Positions 24,611 through 36,941 of a DNA stretch of 64,000 bases are shown here, in pieces. This stretch comes from Chiloscyllium plagiosum (lineage: Eukaryota), in assembly GCF_004010195.1 (NCBI RefSeq), contig NC_057718.1:7892066-7956065 (forward strand). The letters run 5' to 3'. Under the pieces are notes generated by a model that had not been told where the DNA came from, did no database searches, and worked only from the letters and a program-made list of their open reading frames with translations. Within the stretch, counting starts at the first letter, position 1, and each line of letters starts with the position of its first letter. Position numbers and translations under genes: made by a program.

Positions 24611-24626
24611 TCTGGATCAGAGAGAC

Positions 24627-25217
24627 TCCCTGAGATTCTTGTAGAGAGAGGAGGAAAACTTCTTCAAGGCAGGCATCCTTGCAAGAGGATTCGCAGTAGG
24701 GTTAAAATCAACGAGGTAAAAACAATGACTGCAGATGCTGGAAACCAGATTCTGGATCAGTGGTGCTGGAAGAGCACAGCAATTCAGGCAGCATCCGAGG
24801 ACAGGCAAAATCGACGTTTCGGGCAAAAGCCCTTCATTAGGAATAAAGGCAGAGATTGCTGTGCTCTTCCAGGGAGTCTCTCTCCCACTGCAACTCCCAG
24901 GTCATTTCCTCAGCCCTGAAGCTCTTACTCTATGCTACTCTATCCCCACCCTCACCCTCCTCTAGCTTATCTCTCCACGCTTCAGGCTCTCTGCCTTTAT
25001 TCCTGATGAAGGGCTTTTGCCCGAAACGTCGATTTTGCCTGTCCTCGGATGCTGCCTGAATTGCTGTGCTCTTCCAGCACCACTGATCCAGAATCTGGTT
25101 TCCAGCATCTGCAGTCATTGTTTTTACCTCGTTGATTTTAACCCTCCTGCGAATCCTCTTGCAAGGATGCCTGCCTTGAAGAAGTTTTCCTCCTCTCTCT
25201 ACAAGAATCTCAGGGAG
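24627..25217. mobile_element. PLE insertion with near-perfect ~230-bp inverted pLTR arms
   Basis: 24627-24855 is the reverse complement of 24988-25217; pyrimidine-rich spacer; hammerhead motif in each arm. Confidence 0.88.
24997..25035 (+). ncRNA. Minimal type I hammerhead ribozyme motif
   Basis: CTGATGA (25003-25009), A, stem II GGGC-TTTT-GCCC, GAAA, C, GTC; predicted cleavage after 25030; palindromic ACGT stem III. Confidence 0.75.
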
Positions 25218-25759
25218 GAAAGCTAGTGTGCTTCCAATTAAACCTGTTGGACTATAACCTGGTGTTGTATGATTTTTAACTTTGTATAAAATTAAAGTCA
25301 GGATTAAAATGGGTGAAAGTTAATTTTCCCATGTGCAATGAAGTGAAAGCAGATGAAGTTTCTATCTCCAATTTCCCCTCAAATCTCACTCATTGTTTAA
25401 CCTATTAACCTCCCCTCAAGCTCAGTTTTTGTTTGAATGCAGCTGTGTAAACACTGAAGAGACTGTGCTCCACAAAAGACAAAGTGGCTTGATCGTCTTT
25501 GCTACCTGATACACCATCTTGCTTGTTCACTATCTCCGTCCCCATGGCTGGATGGCAGCAGCATGCACCATCCTCTAGATGCACAAGGGCACATTTCCTG
25601 AGCTTACAACTCTTAAACCTTCAATTTCTACCCACCCAAAGGACAGCCAATACATGGAAACACTACCACCAGCAATATCCCCTTCCAAGAGATTCAGCAT
25701 CCTGACTTGGAAATATATTGCCATTCCTTCAATATTGTTAGGTCAAAATCCTGGAACTG

Positions 25760-25985
25760 TAGGAGAAAGTGAGCACTGCTGATGCTGGAGATCAGACTCA
25801 AGATTGTGATGCTGGAAAAGCACAGCAGGTCAGGCAGCATCCGAGGAGCAGGAGAATCGACGTTTCGGGCATAAGCCCTTCATCAGCCTCATTCCTGATG
25901 AAGGGCTTGTGCTCGAAACGTCAATTCTCCTGCTCCTCAGATGCTGCCTGAGCTGCTGTCCTTTTCCAGCACCACACTCTCGACC
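25760..25985. mobile_element. Palindromic PLE-derived insert with two back-to-back hammerhead cores, inside a CR1/L2-like tail (25500-26185)
   Basis: Minus 25859-25886 ctgatgaagggcttatgcccgaaacgtc; plus 25895-25922 ctgatgaagggcttgtgctcgaaacgtc; flanks caaaatcctggaa / caagatcctggaa. Confidence 0.82.
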
Positions 25986-26820
25986 AAGATCCTGGAATTC
26001 CCTCCCCAATGGAACTGTGGGTTGCTCCAAAAGCTTGTCATTTCAAATAAATCTGTTGGACTATATCCTGGCATCGTGTGACCTCTGAATTTTTCCACCC
26101 CAATCTAACACTAGCACCTCCATGTCATGAACTGCAACAATTCAAGGATGTAGCTCATTGACTCCTTTTCCAGGGGCAGTTAGAGATGGAATTTCAAACA
26201 AAAACTTGTATAATGCAAACGTCTTTAAACAATGTAAGCTTTAACCTTACTCTCAAAAGGTGGGCTACTGGGCTGGAAATGTTAATTCCATTAATTTCGC
26301 TCTGCTTGTAAAGTTTTTCCAACAATTGTCAATAGTGTTTTGGATTTCCAGCATCCGCAGTTCCATGCTGGACAACGTTTAATGTGATTTTAATGAAAAG
26401 GATCAGAAATGACTTGAGCAAACAATTTTCTCCATTAAGTTCTTGTGACCTGCAATTACTGTCTGAAAGTAGAAACAGAGCCAAGAGTAGCTTCCAAAAG
26501 GGAAATTGAATAAATATTAAGGAAAGGAGTATTAGTCTACCAAGGACCAGAAACATCTCTCTTGATTACAGGGAGACAATTTTTTTATTCACTCCTGGGA
26601 TGTTGGCGTCTCTGACTGGGCCAACATTTATTGCCTGTGTATAATTGTCCTTGAGAGGGTGGTGGTAAGCTGTCTTCTCAAACCACCGAAGTTATATATA
26701 GTTTGAAGGTAACCAATCCACAATCATGGCTGGTGTAACCGCCTTAACGATCATAATCAGGTCAAGGTTTGACCTTGCACTGTCGGCTTTTGTTTTGTGG
26801 CCCTGCCAGCACAAACTCTG

Positions 26821-27555
26821 TCCCCTAAACTGAGGGGATTCTAAATCTCCTGGTTGCATTTTTTAATCCCTGAAACTGAGGGGATTCTAAATCTCCTGGT
26901 TGCATTTTTTAATCCCTGAAACTGATGGGATTCTAAATCTCCTGGTTGCATTTTTTAATCCCCTAAACCGAGGGGATTCTAAATCTCCTGGTTGCATTTT
27001 TTAATCCCCTAAACCGAGGGGATTCTAAATCTCCTGGTTATATTTTTTAATCCCCTAAACCGAGGGGATTCTAAATCTCCTGGTTATATTTTTTAATCCC
27101 CTAAACCGAGGGGGTTCTAAATCTCCTGGTTGCATTTTTTAATCCCCTAAACCGAGGGGATTCTAAATCTCCTGGTTGCATTTTTTAATCCCCTAAACCG
27201 AGGGGATTCTAAATCTCCTGGTTGCATTTTTTAATCCCCTAAACCGAGGGGATTCTAAATCTCCTGGTTATATTTTTTAATCCCCTAAACCGAGGGGGTT
27301 CTAAATCTCCTGGTTGCATTTTTTAATCCCCTAAACCGAGGGGGTTCTAAATCTCCTGGTTAAATTTTTAAATCCCCTAAACCGAGGGGATTCTAAATCT
27401 CCTGGTTATATTTTTTAATCCCCTAAACTGAGGAGATTCTAAATCTCCTGGTTACATTTTTAATCCCTGAAATTGAGGGGATTCTAAATCTCCTGGTTAC
27501 ATTTTATAATCCCCTAAACTAAGAGGATTCTAAATCTCCTGATTATATATTTTTA
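26821..27555. repeat. 46-bp tandem repeat, about 16 units
   Basis: Unit aatcccctaaaccgaggggattctaaatctcctggttgcatttttt; aaac recurs at 26827, 26873, 26919. Confidence 0.95.
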
Positions 27556-27672
27556 AAAGTTTCGCCCCACATTACTGCCTAACAGCGGGAGTGCTTACAT
27601 TTTCCCCAACACCCATGTTGTGTGTGTGTAGGTGTGAAACACAGTGAAAGACAACAGGTGTACAAATCTTTA
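27556..27672 (-). mobile_element. L1/Tx1-like 3' UTR fragment
   Basis: Homologous to 51785-51900 and to the stem-loop at 60735-60775. Confidence 0.65.
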
Positions 27673-27965
27673 TCCAGAGACCCAGATAATGTTCTGGGGA
27701 CCTGGGTTCGAATGCCTCCATGGCAGATGGTGGAATTTGAATTCAATAAATATCTGGAATTAAGAATCTAATGGTTACAATAAATCCATTATCAGGGAAA
27801 ACCAATCTGGTTCACTAATGTCCTTTAAGGAAGGGAAATCTGCCATCCCTACCCAGTCTGGCCTACATCCCAATATGGATGACTCTTAACTGCCCTCTGG
27901 GCAATTAAGGATGGGCATAAATGCTGGCCAAGCTAGTGATGCTCTCATCCCGTGAATGAATAAGA
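27672..27965 (+). mobile_element. SINE family 2
   Basis: Same core and tail as 14038-14392. Confidence 0.85.
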
Positions 27966-28284
27966 ACTGATTGATGCCAGCTAAATGTTTGGAGGCAAAT
28001 AAATCGCGGGGTTACCAATCTTGCCCAATTAGTTAAAAGCTGATCTTGGTAAAAGCAGAAGGGCACACCTTTTACACGTCCTGCTGTGTTCTAGTGATTA
28101 GTGAACTATAAAGTTGGCACATGGGGCCTGTAAGGATTGTTTCATGCTTCATAAGGTCCATGAGTAGCTTTCCAACATTATAATTCTTCAATTTGTCCAG
28201 CAAATCCTTCTAGCACATCTGCATTAGGAAGGGCATGATCATCAACTCAACAATTCTGTTGCGTGTCCATCTTAAAAACGGCTT

Positions 28285-28680
28285 CATAGAATCCCTGCAG
28301 TCTCGAAGCAGGCCATTCAGCCCATCGTGTCCATACTGACCCTTTGAAGGGCATCTCACCAAGACCGATTGTCCACATCCCATCCCTGTCATCCAGCAGT
28401 TCCCTGGACACTACAGGCCAATCGGCCCATCAAATCTGCTCCAACCTTTTGAACAGCATCCCAACTAGACTCACCTCACCCTCACATTTAACATGGCCAA
28501 TTCACCTGACCTGTACATCTTTGGACTGTGGGAGGAAACCAGAGCACCCAGAGGAAACTCACGCAGGCACTAGGAAAATGTGCAAACTCCACACAGACCA
28601 TTGCCTGAGTGTGGAATCAAACCCGGGTCCCTTGCGCTGTGAGGCAGCAGTGCTAATCACTGAGCCACCATGCACCCAAA
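28285..28680 (-). mobile_element. HE1-type SINE
   Basis: ggactgtgggaggaaaccagagcacc..gtgcaaactccacacag..gaggcagcagtgcta. Confidence 0.85.
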
Positions 28681-29514
28681 ATTTCACCATCTGACCTGGC
28701 AGACGTCAAACCCAGAGCTCCGTATTGCTAGACCAGTACCTTTACTATTATGTCAACACCCAGCCCCCTCTCCTTTTCTCTGCATTCATCCCTGGAGTTG
28801 TTTATGGTTTCTGTAGGCTTCTGTCCTAATGGCATGAGTTATAGTGAATCAATACAGAAGTTGAGTTTAATTCTGAATTGGTCATCCAATATGGTCGGTA
28901 TCTTCTGGGGCTCTTTTAACTTTTCAGCAGTAAATTGTGATGTGTTAACTCTGCTGCACTCTTTTTTTCCCAATTGCTAAGCAAATCTTAAAAGATTTGC
29001 TTTTCAGAGCACCTAAATCTCAAAACTGTGGATCCAAATTTTGATTAAACGTTTTAAATTCTATTAGGAGGTCTGCTGTGTCCCTATTTAAATTAGGACA
29101 TTTTGTGGCCATTTGAACAATGTGCCTTACTTTCCCTTGCTTACTATCAGTCCAGCACACATCATGTTTACTGAGTGAAACTGTTCTCTCAATAGGAGTT
29201 AGACTGTTTACCAACAAGTAATGTTTTTAACCTGCTCCAATCCTATAATAAGCAATGCCATTGAGGGATGTCTCATGCATATTAACATGGTTTCAGACTG
29301 TTGACAATGTCTTTGTAGATTGATTTGCTTCCTAACTGTTCAAACACAATACACTTCATCGGCATGATCTTTTCCATTACTGTTCAACCTATTAACGATA
29401 ATGGTCTAATAATCAGTTACACATTACGGATTGATTAACTCAGTGGGCTAGTTTATTTAAAACAGCAAAATGCATCATAGGTTAGGAGGCAGACATTTCA
29501 GAAAGCCAGAATTC

Positions 29515-29905
29515 CACCTCAAGAGCTTACAGCCCAATGGTCTCAACTTAGAGTTCACCAACTTCCAATTACCCTACCCCCAACCTCATCACATGTCCAG
29601 CCCTCCCTCTCCTCTCCACCTCCCTCACTAGACCTAGCCTTCCCATCTTCCTTCCCACCTATCTGCTCTACCCTTCACACTGACCAATCATAACTCCCTA
29701 CCTGCATCCACTTATCACCATCCCACCTACCCATTCCTCAGTCCCATTTCCCTCCTTCTATTCATTTCTCAGCTCCCTACCCCCTCCCCAGTCCTGATGA
29801 AGGATCATGACGTGAAACATTGACTTTCCTGCTCCTACAACACTGTCTGACCTCCACATTTTATCTGCACTGACCTCCAGCATCTGCAGTCCATACTGTC
29901 TCCAA
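29515..29905 (+). mobile_element. PLE 3' end: ORF C-terminus, pyrimidine-rich UTR and pLTR with decayed hammerhead
   Basis: SLQPNGLNLEFTNF, then a C/T-rich tract, then cctgatgaaggatcatgacgtgaaacattgactttcctgctcc. Confidence 0.75.
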
Positions 29906-30162
29906 CTTGCAGAGACCCAGTTGGTTTCTATGTGTGCAACTTGCAAACCTGCAGCAGACAAACTGGCAGGAAGAATCACAACATGATACATGCATAGTGC
30001 AAGATGAACTCTCTTAAAAACAAGGCTCATATACAATAACCTTCCTCGGTTCCAACATTTTCTAGCTGGATCCACTTTAGTTGTAAATAGACTTGACCAG
30101 AATATCGGCATTGAGTTTCTGTTGGTGAGTGAAGAAACCGTGAAGCTCAGGAACAGTATGGC

Positions 30163-30692
30163 TGTGAAGATGCTTTTAATTTAACAAGATTATTTTGTCC
30201 TTTTCTTTTCATTGGAGGTTGTAAAGGCAGAGGTGCAGAAGTGTCTACTTTAACAATAGCAGGGGAGTGGTCAGTTCTCCCATTTCAGTTTTATTTCTAG
30301 TTTGGTTTAGCAATCACAAGGTGTTGCAGTGTACAGAAAGGCTCCAAGTCTCAGCAGATGATTCCTGACTGACGTTTCTCTCTCAAATCTCTTCTTTCTG
30401 TGTTTGAATTTACCTTTTGCCAAGGGGGTGTGTTACTGGATTGGAACAGCTCCTTAGTTAAGTTGTTGTGTCGGGTCAATTAAGGTTTCAGTAGTTAAGT
30501 TTTTCTAAATTCCATTTTCTTTTGTTCATGTTTCAACTGTATTATTTGAATAAATTCTGTCTTGCTGAAAGCCGAGTGGTTTGACCAGCTGCATCATATC
30601 TGGAATATCCACTTCACATCTGCCATTAAAATAAGAAACATTTAGGGTCTGGGCTACCTTCTTAAAAGATTTGGGAGGCTCCAGCCATAACA
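30163..30692 (+). mobile_element. Solo LTR related to the Gmr1-like LTRs
   Basis: tgtgaagatgc..gccataaca (TG..CA); both ends resemble the 5920-6786 LTR; flanks atggc / atagt may be a decayed TSD. Confidence 0.75.
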
Positions 30693-31674
30693 ATAGTATA
30701 TCTCAGGAAATATCAAGCCAACAATTTTAAATGAGATCTCAATTTCCTGAGTTTTTCATGCCATCATTTAGACATCCCAAGTTGTCTAAATATATATTGT
30801 ATCAACATTTTTACAAATCTGCTTTGTTGTGGGTGATGTGCTAAATTCTGCACAGGCCCTGCCTTATATTTTGTGGCTAATATCCCTCTTGGGTTGACAC
30901 ACATGCACTTGGAAAGAAAGCACCACTCTCTATGGATCTACTGTTTGGCTGGGTGCCTCAACATGTTAATTATATTGACTGAAGACTCCCTGTTGAGATG
31001 CAACTATCAAATTCCACAAAGCTGAGGAAATCATTCCAGATAGATTTGAAACTTCAAAAGGATTGTTGAGACAGAACTAACATGGGGAAGTGAAACACTG
31101 GAAATTGACTAGGTTTTCAACTCGCCTCCCATAGTTACTTTTGATTATGGCCTTTCTTGTTTCCACTCATTCATGAGATGTGGGCATAGCTAAAACACCC
31201 AACATTTGGTGCCTATCTTTAATTACCCTCAAGAAGGTGATTCTGTCTTCTTGACTCGCTGCAGTCCATGTGTTGTATGGACACCTACAATCAGAAAGGC
31301 AACTCCAAAGTTTTGACCCAGTGACATTGAAGGAATGGTGCTTTGTTTCCAAGTCCAGATGATGACTGATAGACAAAGCAGCTAATCATTGTTTTAAGTT
31401 TCAAATCTGATAGCCCTTCTTCTGAGAATACGGTTAACTCTGTCTCACTTGCCACAAATTCTCCAGTACTTTCCATTCTTGTTTTCAATCTTTGTCCCTC
31501 TGGTTACCACTTCCTGCCACAGGAAAGAGTTTTGCTTTATTTCCTCTACCCAAGACCTTTGAGATTTTGAACACATGTATCAAATCATCTCTTCAAAGGC
31601 AACCCCATTAGCTACTGTAGCCTCTCTGGAGAATGGTCCTTCATTCCTGATGCCAAAGTAATGGGTCTCTGATA

Positions 31675-34600
31675 ATAAGATTAGATCATAGGGGATCCAG
31701 GGAAAGCTAGCCAACTGGATACAAAATTGACTTGAAGGTAGGAGACAGAAGGTGGTGGTAGAGGCTTGTTGACCAGAATAGAGACCTGAGTAATTGAGTG
31801 CCATAAGGATCGTTGAGTCCCCTGTTGTTCGACATTTATATAAATTATTTGGGTGAGAATATAGGAGGCATGCTTAATAAGTTTGCAGATGGGACCAAAA
31901 TTGATGGTGTAATGGACAGTGAAGAAGATTGACAAAGAGTACAAAGGGATATTGATCAGCTGGGCTAATGGGCCGAGGAGTGGCAAATGAAGTTTAATTT
32001 AGAACATAGAACATAGAACAGTACAGCACAGAACAGGCCCTTCAGCTCATGATGTTGTGCCAACCACTGATCCTCATGTATGCACCCTCAAATTTCTGTG
32101 ACCATATGCATGTCCAGTAGTCTCTTAAATGTCCCCAATGACCTTGCTTCCACAACTGCTGCTGGCAACGCATTCCATGCTCTCACAACTCTCTGTGTAA
32201 AGAACCCGCCTCTGACATCCCCTCTATACTTTCCTCCAACCAACTTAAAACTATGACCCCTCGTGTTAGCCATTTCTGCCCTGGGAAATAGTCTCTGGTT
32301 ATCNNNNNNNNNNNNNNNNNNNNNNNNNNNNNNNNNNNNNNNNNNNNNNNNNNNNNNNNNNNNNNNNNNNNNNNNNNNNNNNNNNNNNNNNNNNNNNNNN
32401 NNNNNNNNNNNNNNNNNNNNNNNNNNNNNNNNNTTATCTTGTACACCTCAATTAGGTCCCCTCTTCTCCTCCTTTTCTCCAATGAAAAAAGTCTGAGCTC
32501 AGTCAACCTCTCTTCATAAGATAAGCCCTCCAGTCCAGACGGCATCCTGGTAAACCTCCTCTGAACCCTCTCCAATGCATCCACATCTTTCCTATAATAG
32601 GGCGACCAGTACTGGACGCAGTATTCCAAGTGCGGTCTAACCAAAGTTTTATAGAGCTGCAACAAGATCTCACGACTCTTAAACTCAATCCCCCTGTTAA
32701 TGAAAGCCAAAACAACATATGCTTTCTTAACAATCCTGTCAACTTGGGTGGCCATTTTAGGGGATCTATGTACCTGTTCCTCCATACTGCCAAGAATAGA
32801 TAGTTTAGATTGTATGCAATTCTGGTCTCCTTTCTATCGGAGGGATGATGTGAAACTTGAAAGGGTTCAAAAATGTTTTAAAAGGATGTTGCTAGGGTTG
32901 GATGGTTTGAGATACAGGGAGAGGCTGAATAGGCTGGGGCTGTTTTCTCCTGAGAATTGAAGGCTGACGGGTGACCTTATAGAGGTTTACAAAATCATAA
33001 GGGGCATGGATAGGGTAAATAGACAAGGTCTTTTCCCTGGGGAGTGGGAGTCCAGAACTAGTGAGCATAGGATTAGGGTGAGATGGGAAAAATTTAAAAG
33101 GGACCTAAGGAGCAACTTTCTCATGCAGTAGGTGGTGCTTGTATGGAATAAGCAGCTACAGACTGGTATAATTACAACATCTGGATGAGTACATGAATAG
33201 GAAGGATTTGGAGGGATATGGGCCTCATGTTGGTAAATGGAACTAGATTAGGTTGGGATATCTGGTCGGCATGGACGAGTTGGACCAAAGTGTCTATTTC
33301 TATGCTGTACAGCTCTATGACTGTATGATACTAAATGTGAGGTGTTGCATTTTGCTAAGACATATCAGGACAGGACCTACATAGTTAATGGTAGAGTCTT
33401 GGGGAGTGTTGTTGAACAAAGCGATGGAGGGTGCACATACATAGATCCTTGACAATGACATCGCTGGTAGACAGATTGGTGAAGAAGGCATTTGGCATGC
33501 TTTCCTTCATTGGTCAGAGCATTCAGTACAGGAGTTGGAGCATCAATTTACAGCTGTACAAGAGATTGGTAAGGCGTCATTTGGAATACTGTGTACAATT
33601 CTGGTCTCCCTGCTATAGAAAGGATGTTATTAAACTGGAAAGGGTGCAAAAATGATTGACAAGGATATTACTGAGACTGGATAGGCTGGGCGCTCTTCTC
33701 CCTGGAGTGTAGGAGGCTGAGGGGTGACCTTGCAGAGGCTTTTCAAATCATGAGGGGCATGGATAAGGTGAATAGCCAAGGTCTCTTCCCCAGGGTAGGG
33801 GAGTTCAAAACTAAAGGGTGTGGATTTAAGGTGAGAGATGCAAGATTTAAAAGGAATCTGAGGGGCAACCTTTTCACACAGAGGGTGGTATGTGTATGGA
33901 CTAACTGACTAGTCTCATGTGCCTGCTTATGGCCCATATCCCTCAAACCTTTCCTATTCATGTACTTACCAAAATGCCTTTTAGACGTTGTGACTGTACC
34001 CGCATCCACCACTTCCTCAGGAAGCTCATTCCACACATGAACAATGCTGTATGTAAAAAAGTTGCCCCCTCATGTCTTTTTAAAATCTTTCTCCCCTCAC
34101 CTTAAAAACATGCCCCTTGTTTTGAAATCCCCCACCCTAGGGAAAAGACATCTGCCATTCACTGTATCCATGCCCTTCAAAATTTTATAAACCACTATAA
34201 GGTCACCCCTCAACCTCCTACACTCCAGTGAAAAACATCACAGCCAATCCAACCTCTTCCAATATATCAAAACCTGCCTTCCTGGTAACATGCTAGTAAA
34301 TCTTTTCTGAGACCTCTCCAGCTTAATAATATCCTTCCTATAACAGGGCGACCAGAACTAGACACAGTGGTCCAGAACAGGCCTCACCAATGTACTCTAC
34401 AACTTCAACATAACATCTCAACGTCTGTACTCAAAGGTCTGAACAATGAAGACAAGTGTGCTAAACACTTTCTTAACCACCCTATCAAAATGTGATGCAA
34501 ACTTCAAAGAATTATGTACCTGAACCCATAGGTCTCTCTGTTCTACAACACAACCCGGGGCCCTATTTTTAATTGTCTAAGTCCTGCCTTTGTTTGTTTT

Positions 34601-34760
34601 ATGAAAATGCAATACCTCACATTTATCCAAACTCAATTCCATCTGCCAATCTTCAGCCCATAAGACAAAGGAAGTAAGGCCATTCGACCCATCGAGTCCA
34701 CCCAGCTGATTAAGATCTCTTTGTTATCTTAGATAGACTTCTTCACTGTCCACTATACCT
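31675..34760. mobile_element. Nest of CR1 fragments: + host (31675-32003, 33330-33900), - insert (32004-32790), + insert (32810-33328), - fragment (33900-34760)
   Basis: Repeated KFAD, WQMKFN, RPHLEYCVQ and RGDLIEVYKI motifs in alternating orientation. Confidence 0.88.
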
Positions 34761-35017
34761 TCTCAATTGTCCGAAGGGTGTGTCCATATACACTCCATGG
34801 ACTGCATTTCTGCCATTACTTTAAAGTTACATTGTTTAGCTCCATTTACTTTTTAAATTTCTTCTTTCCCAAGTTGTGAGTCTGACTGGAAAAACCAGGA
34901 GGTGTTGTGTATCCTTATTATCCTCTGGAGGTTGGTGCTGAGCCACTTTCTTGAACTTCTTCCAATGCTGCAGGTATCAACCTGTCAACAACATGGAGCA
35001 CGCTTGTTATGTTCTTA

Positions 35018-35128
35018 CAGCTGGTCTTTGAAGTAAGTGATGCCAACAGCATGGGTTCAATTCCCACACAGCTAAAGTTAACATTAAGGACTATCCTTCT
35101 CAACCTCTCCCCTCCCCTGCAGCATGGT
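35018..35128 (+). mobile_element. tRNA-derived SINE, family 3 fragment
   Basis: gatgccaacagcatgggttcaattccc..ccttctcaacctctcccctc; antisense copy at 39230-39397. Confidence 0.6.
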
Positions 35129-36037
35129 GTGTGATGACTCTATCACTTTAAAAAGATTATTTTGCCCTGGGTTTTTTGAAGAGAGGTTGTAAAGGCAGAG
35201 GTGCCGAATGTTGACTCTCCTGCTCCTCGGATGCTGCCTAACCTGCTATTCTTTTCCAGCGCCTCACTCTTGACTCTAATCTCCAGTATCTGCAGTCCTC
35301 ACTATCACCCAAAGGTGACTTTACCTTTTTCATGCTCTTTCCATCAATATTTACCTCTGGAACTCAGTATTTCCCTGGATATTCTGTGGATGTGCCTCAG
35401 GAAATTCTCACCCTCCTGTGTGCCTTGCACGTTTATCAGGTTCAGAAATCCTGAACTTGAACTCCAGCAGGTCAAGAAACATGGAGGAGCTCCAACATGG
35501 CAAATGGACTGCAGGCAATGAGCTATGTTTTAGTTCCATAAAAAAAGCACAGCAAGGAGCTCCAAATGAGCACTTCAAGATTTTTATGGCAACAGCAGCT
35601 TTGGTAATTTTACCCTTATGCATGGTCTGTAGGCACTTAAATGATCCATTGAATGCAAAAACACTAAGCTGTTGCATGAACCTCATCTGCAACCAATGTT
35701 TGCTCTTGTCTTCATCTGTTACTTGAGAGTAATGTGTGGAATCAGTGACCTTCATAACCTAATCTTCCACACATATGGTGTAAGAACTGCAACTGGGACT
35801 TAACCCAACATGAAGCAGCCCAGCTCAAAGACTTCAATATAAGTCTCTGTGTGTTGCCATTCATATAAATGTCAGTACATTTGTAATACTTCAGCCACAT
35901 ATTTCTTCTGTTAGAATGTGGGTTCTCACATTGAATAAACAGACAGAAGACAGGATTGATCTTGTATATGATAATGAAGCACGTCTGGATGTACAAATAT
36001 TTAGAAAGATGATGTAAAGTTAACTTCAGTAGTAGTT

Positions 36038-36941
36038 AGAACAAAGAACAAAGAAAATTTACAGCCCAGGAACAGGCCCTTCGGCCCTCCACAGCTGAGC
36101 CGATCCAAATGTACTGTCCAAACCTGTCGGTCAATTCCTAAGCATCTGTATCCCTCTACTTCCCACCTACTCATGCATCTGTCCAGATGCATCTTAAATG
36201 AATCTACCATGCCTGCCTCTACCACCACTGCTGGCAACATGTTCTAAACACCCACCACTCTCTGTGTGAAGTACTTGCCGCATGTATCCCCCTTAAACTT
36301 TTCACCTCTCATCTTGAAAGCATAACCTCTCATTGCTGAATCCATCACCCTGGGAAAAAGCTTGACTCTATCCACCCTGCCTATACCCTTCATGATTTTA
36401 TAAACCTCAATCAGGTCCCCCCTCAATCTCCTTTTTTCTAATGAAAACAAACCTAACCTGCTCAACCTCTCTTCATAGCTAGCACCTTCCCTACCAGGCA
36501 ACATCCTCGTAAACCTTCTCTGCACCCTCTCCAAAGCGCCCACATCTTTTTGGTGATGTGGCGCCCAGAACTGTACACAATATTTTAAATGCGGCCGAAC
36601 CAACGTCTTGTACAATGTTAACATGGCCTGCCAGCTCTTATACTCAATACCCCGTCCAATGAAGGCAAGCATATTATATGCCTTTTTGACCACTCTCTCA
36701 ATTTGTGCAGCAATCTTCAGGGTACAATGGACCTGCACTCCCAGATCTCTCTGCCCATCAACTTTTCCCAAGGCTCTTCCGTTCATTGTATAATTCGCTC
36801 TAGAATTAGTCTTGTCTAAATGCATCACCTCACATTTGTCTGGTTGGAAATCCATCTGCCACTTTTCCGCCCAACTCTCCAGTCTATCAATCTCCTCCTG
36901 TATTCTCTGACAGTCCCTTAAGCTTTCTGCTACTCCACCAA
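36038..36941 (-). mobile_element. CR1 3' fragment, same subfamily as 21520-22420
   Basis: 203-aa ORF 36244-36855 and a near-identical 3' UTR. Confidence 0.95.

Noticed and set aside
26821..27555. CRISPR-like array of hairpin repeats
   Set aside because: Units are contiguous with no unique spacers, there are no cas genes, and the context is vertebrate
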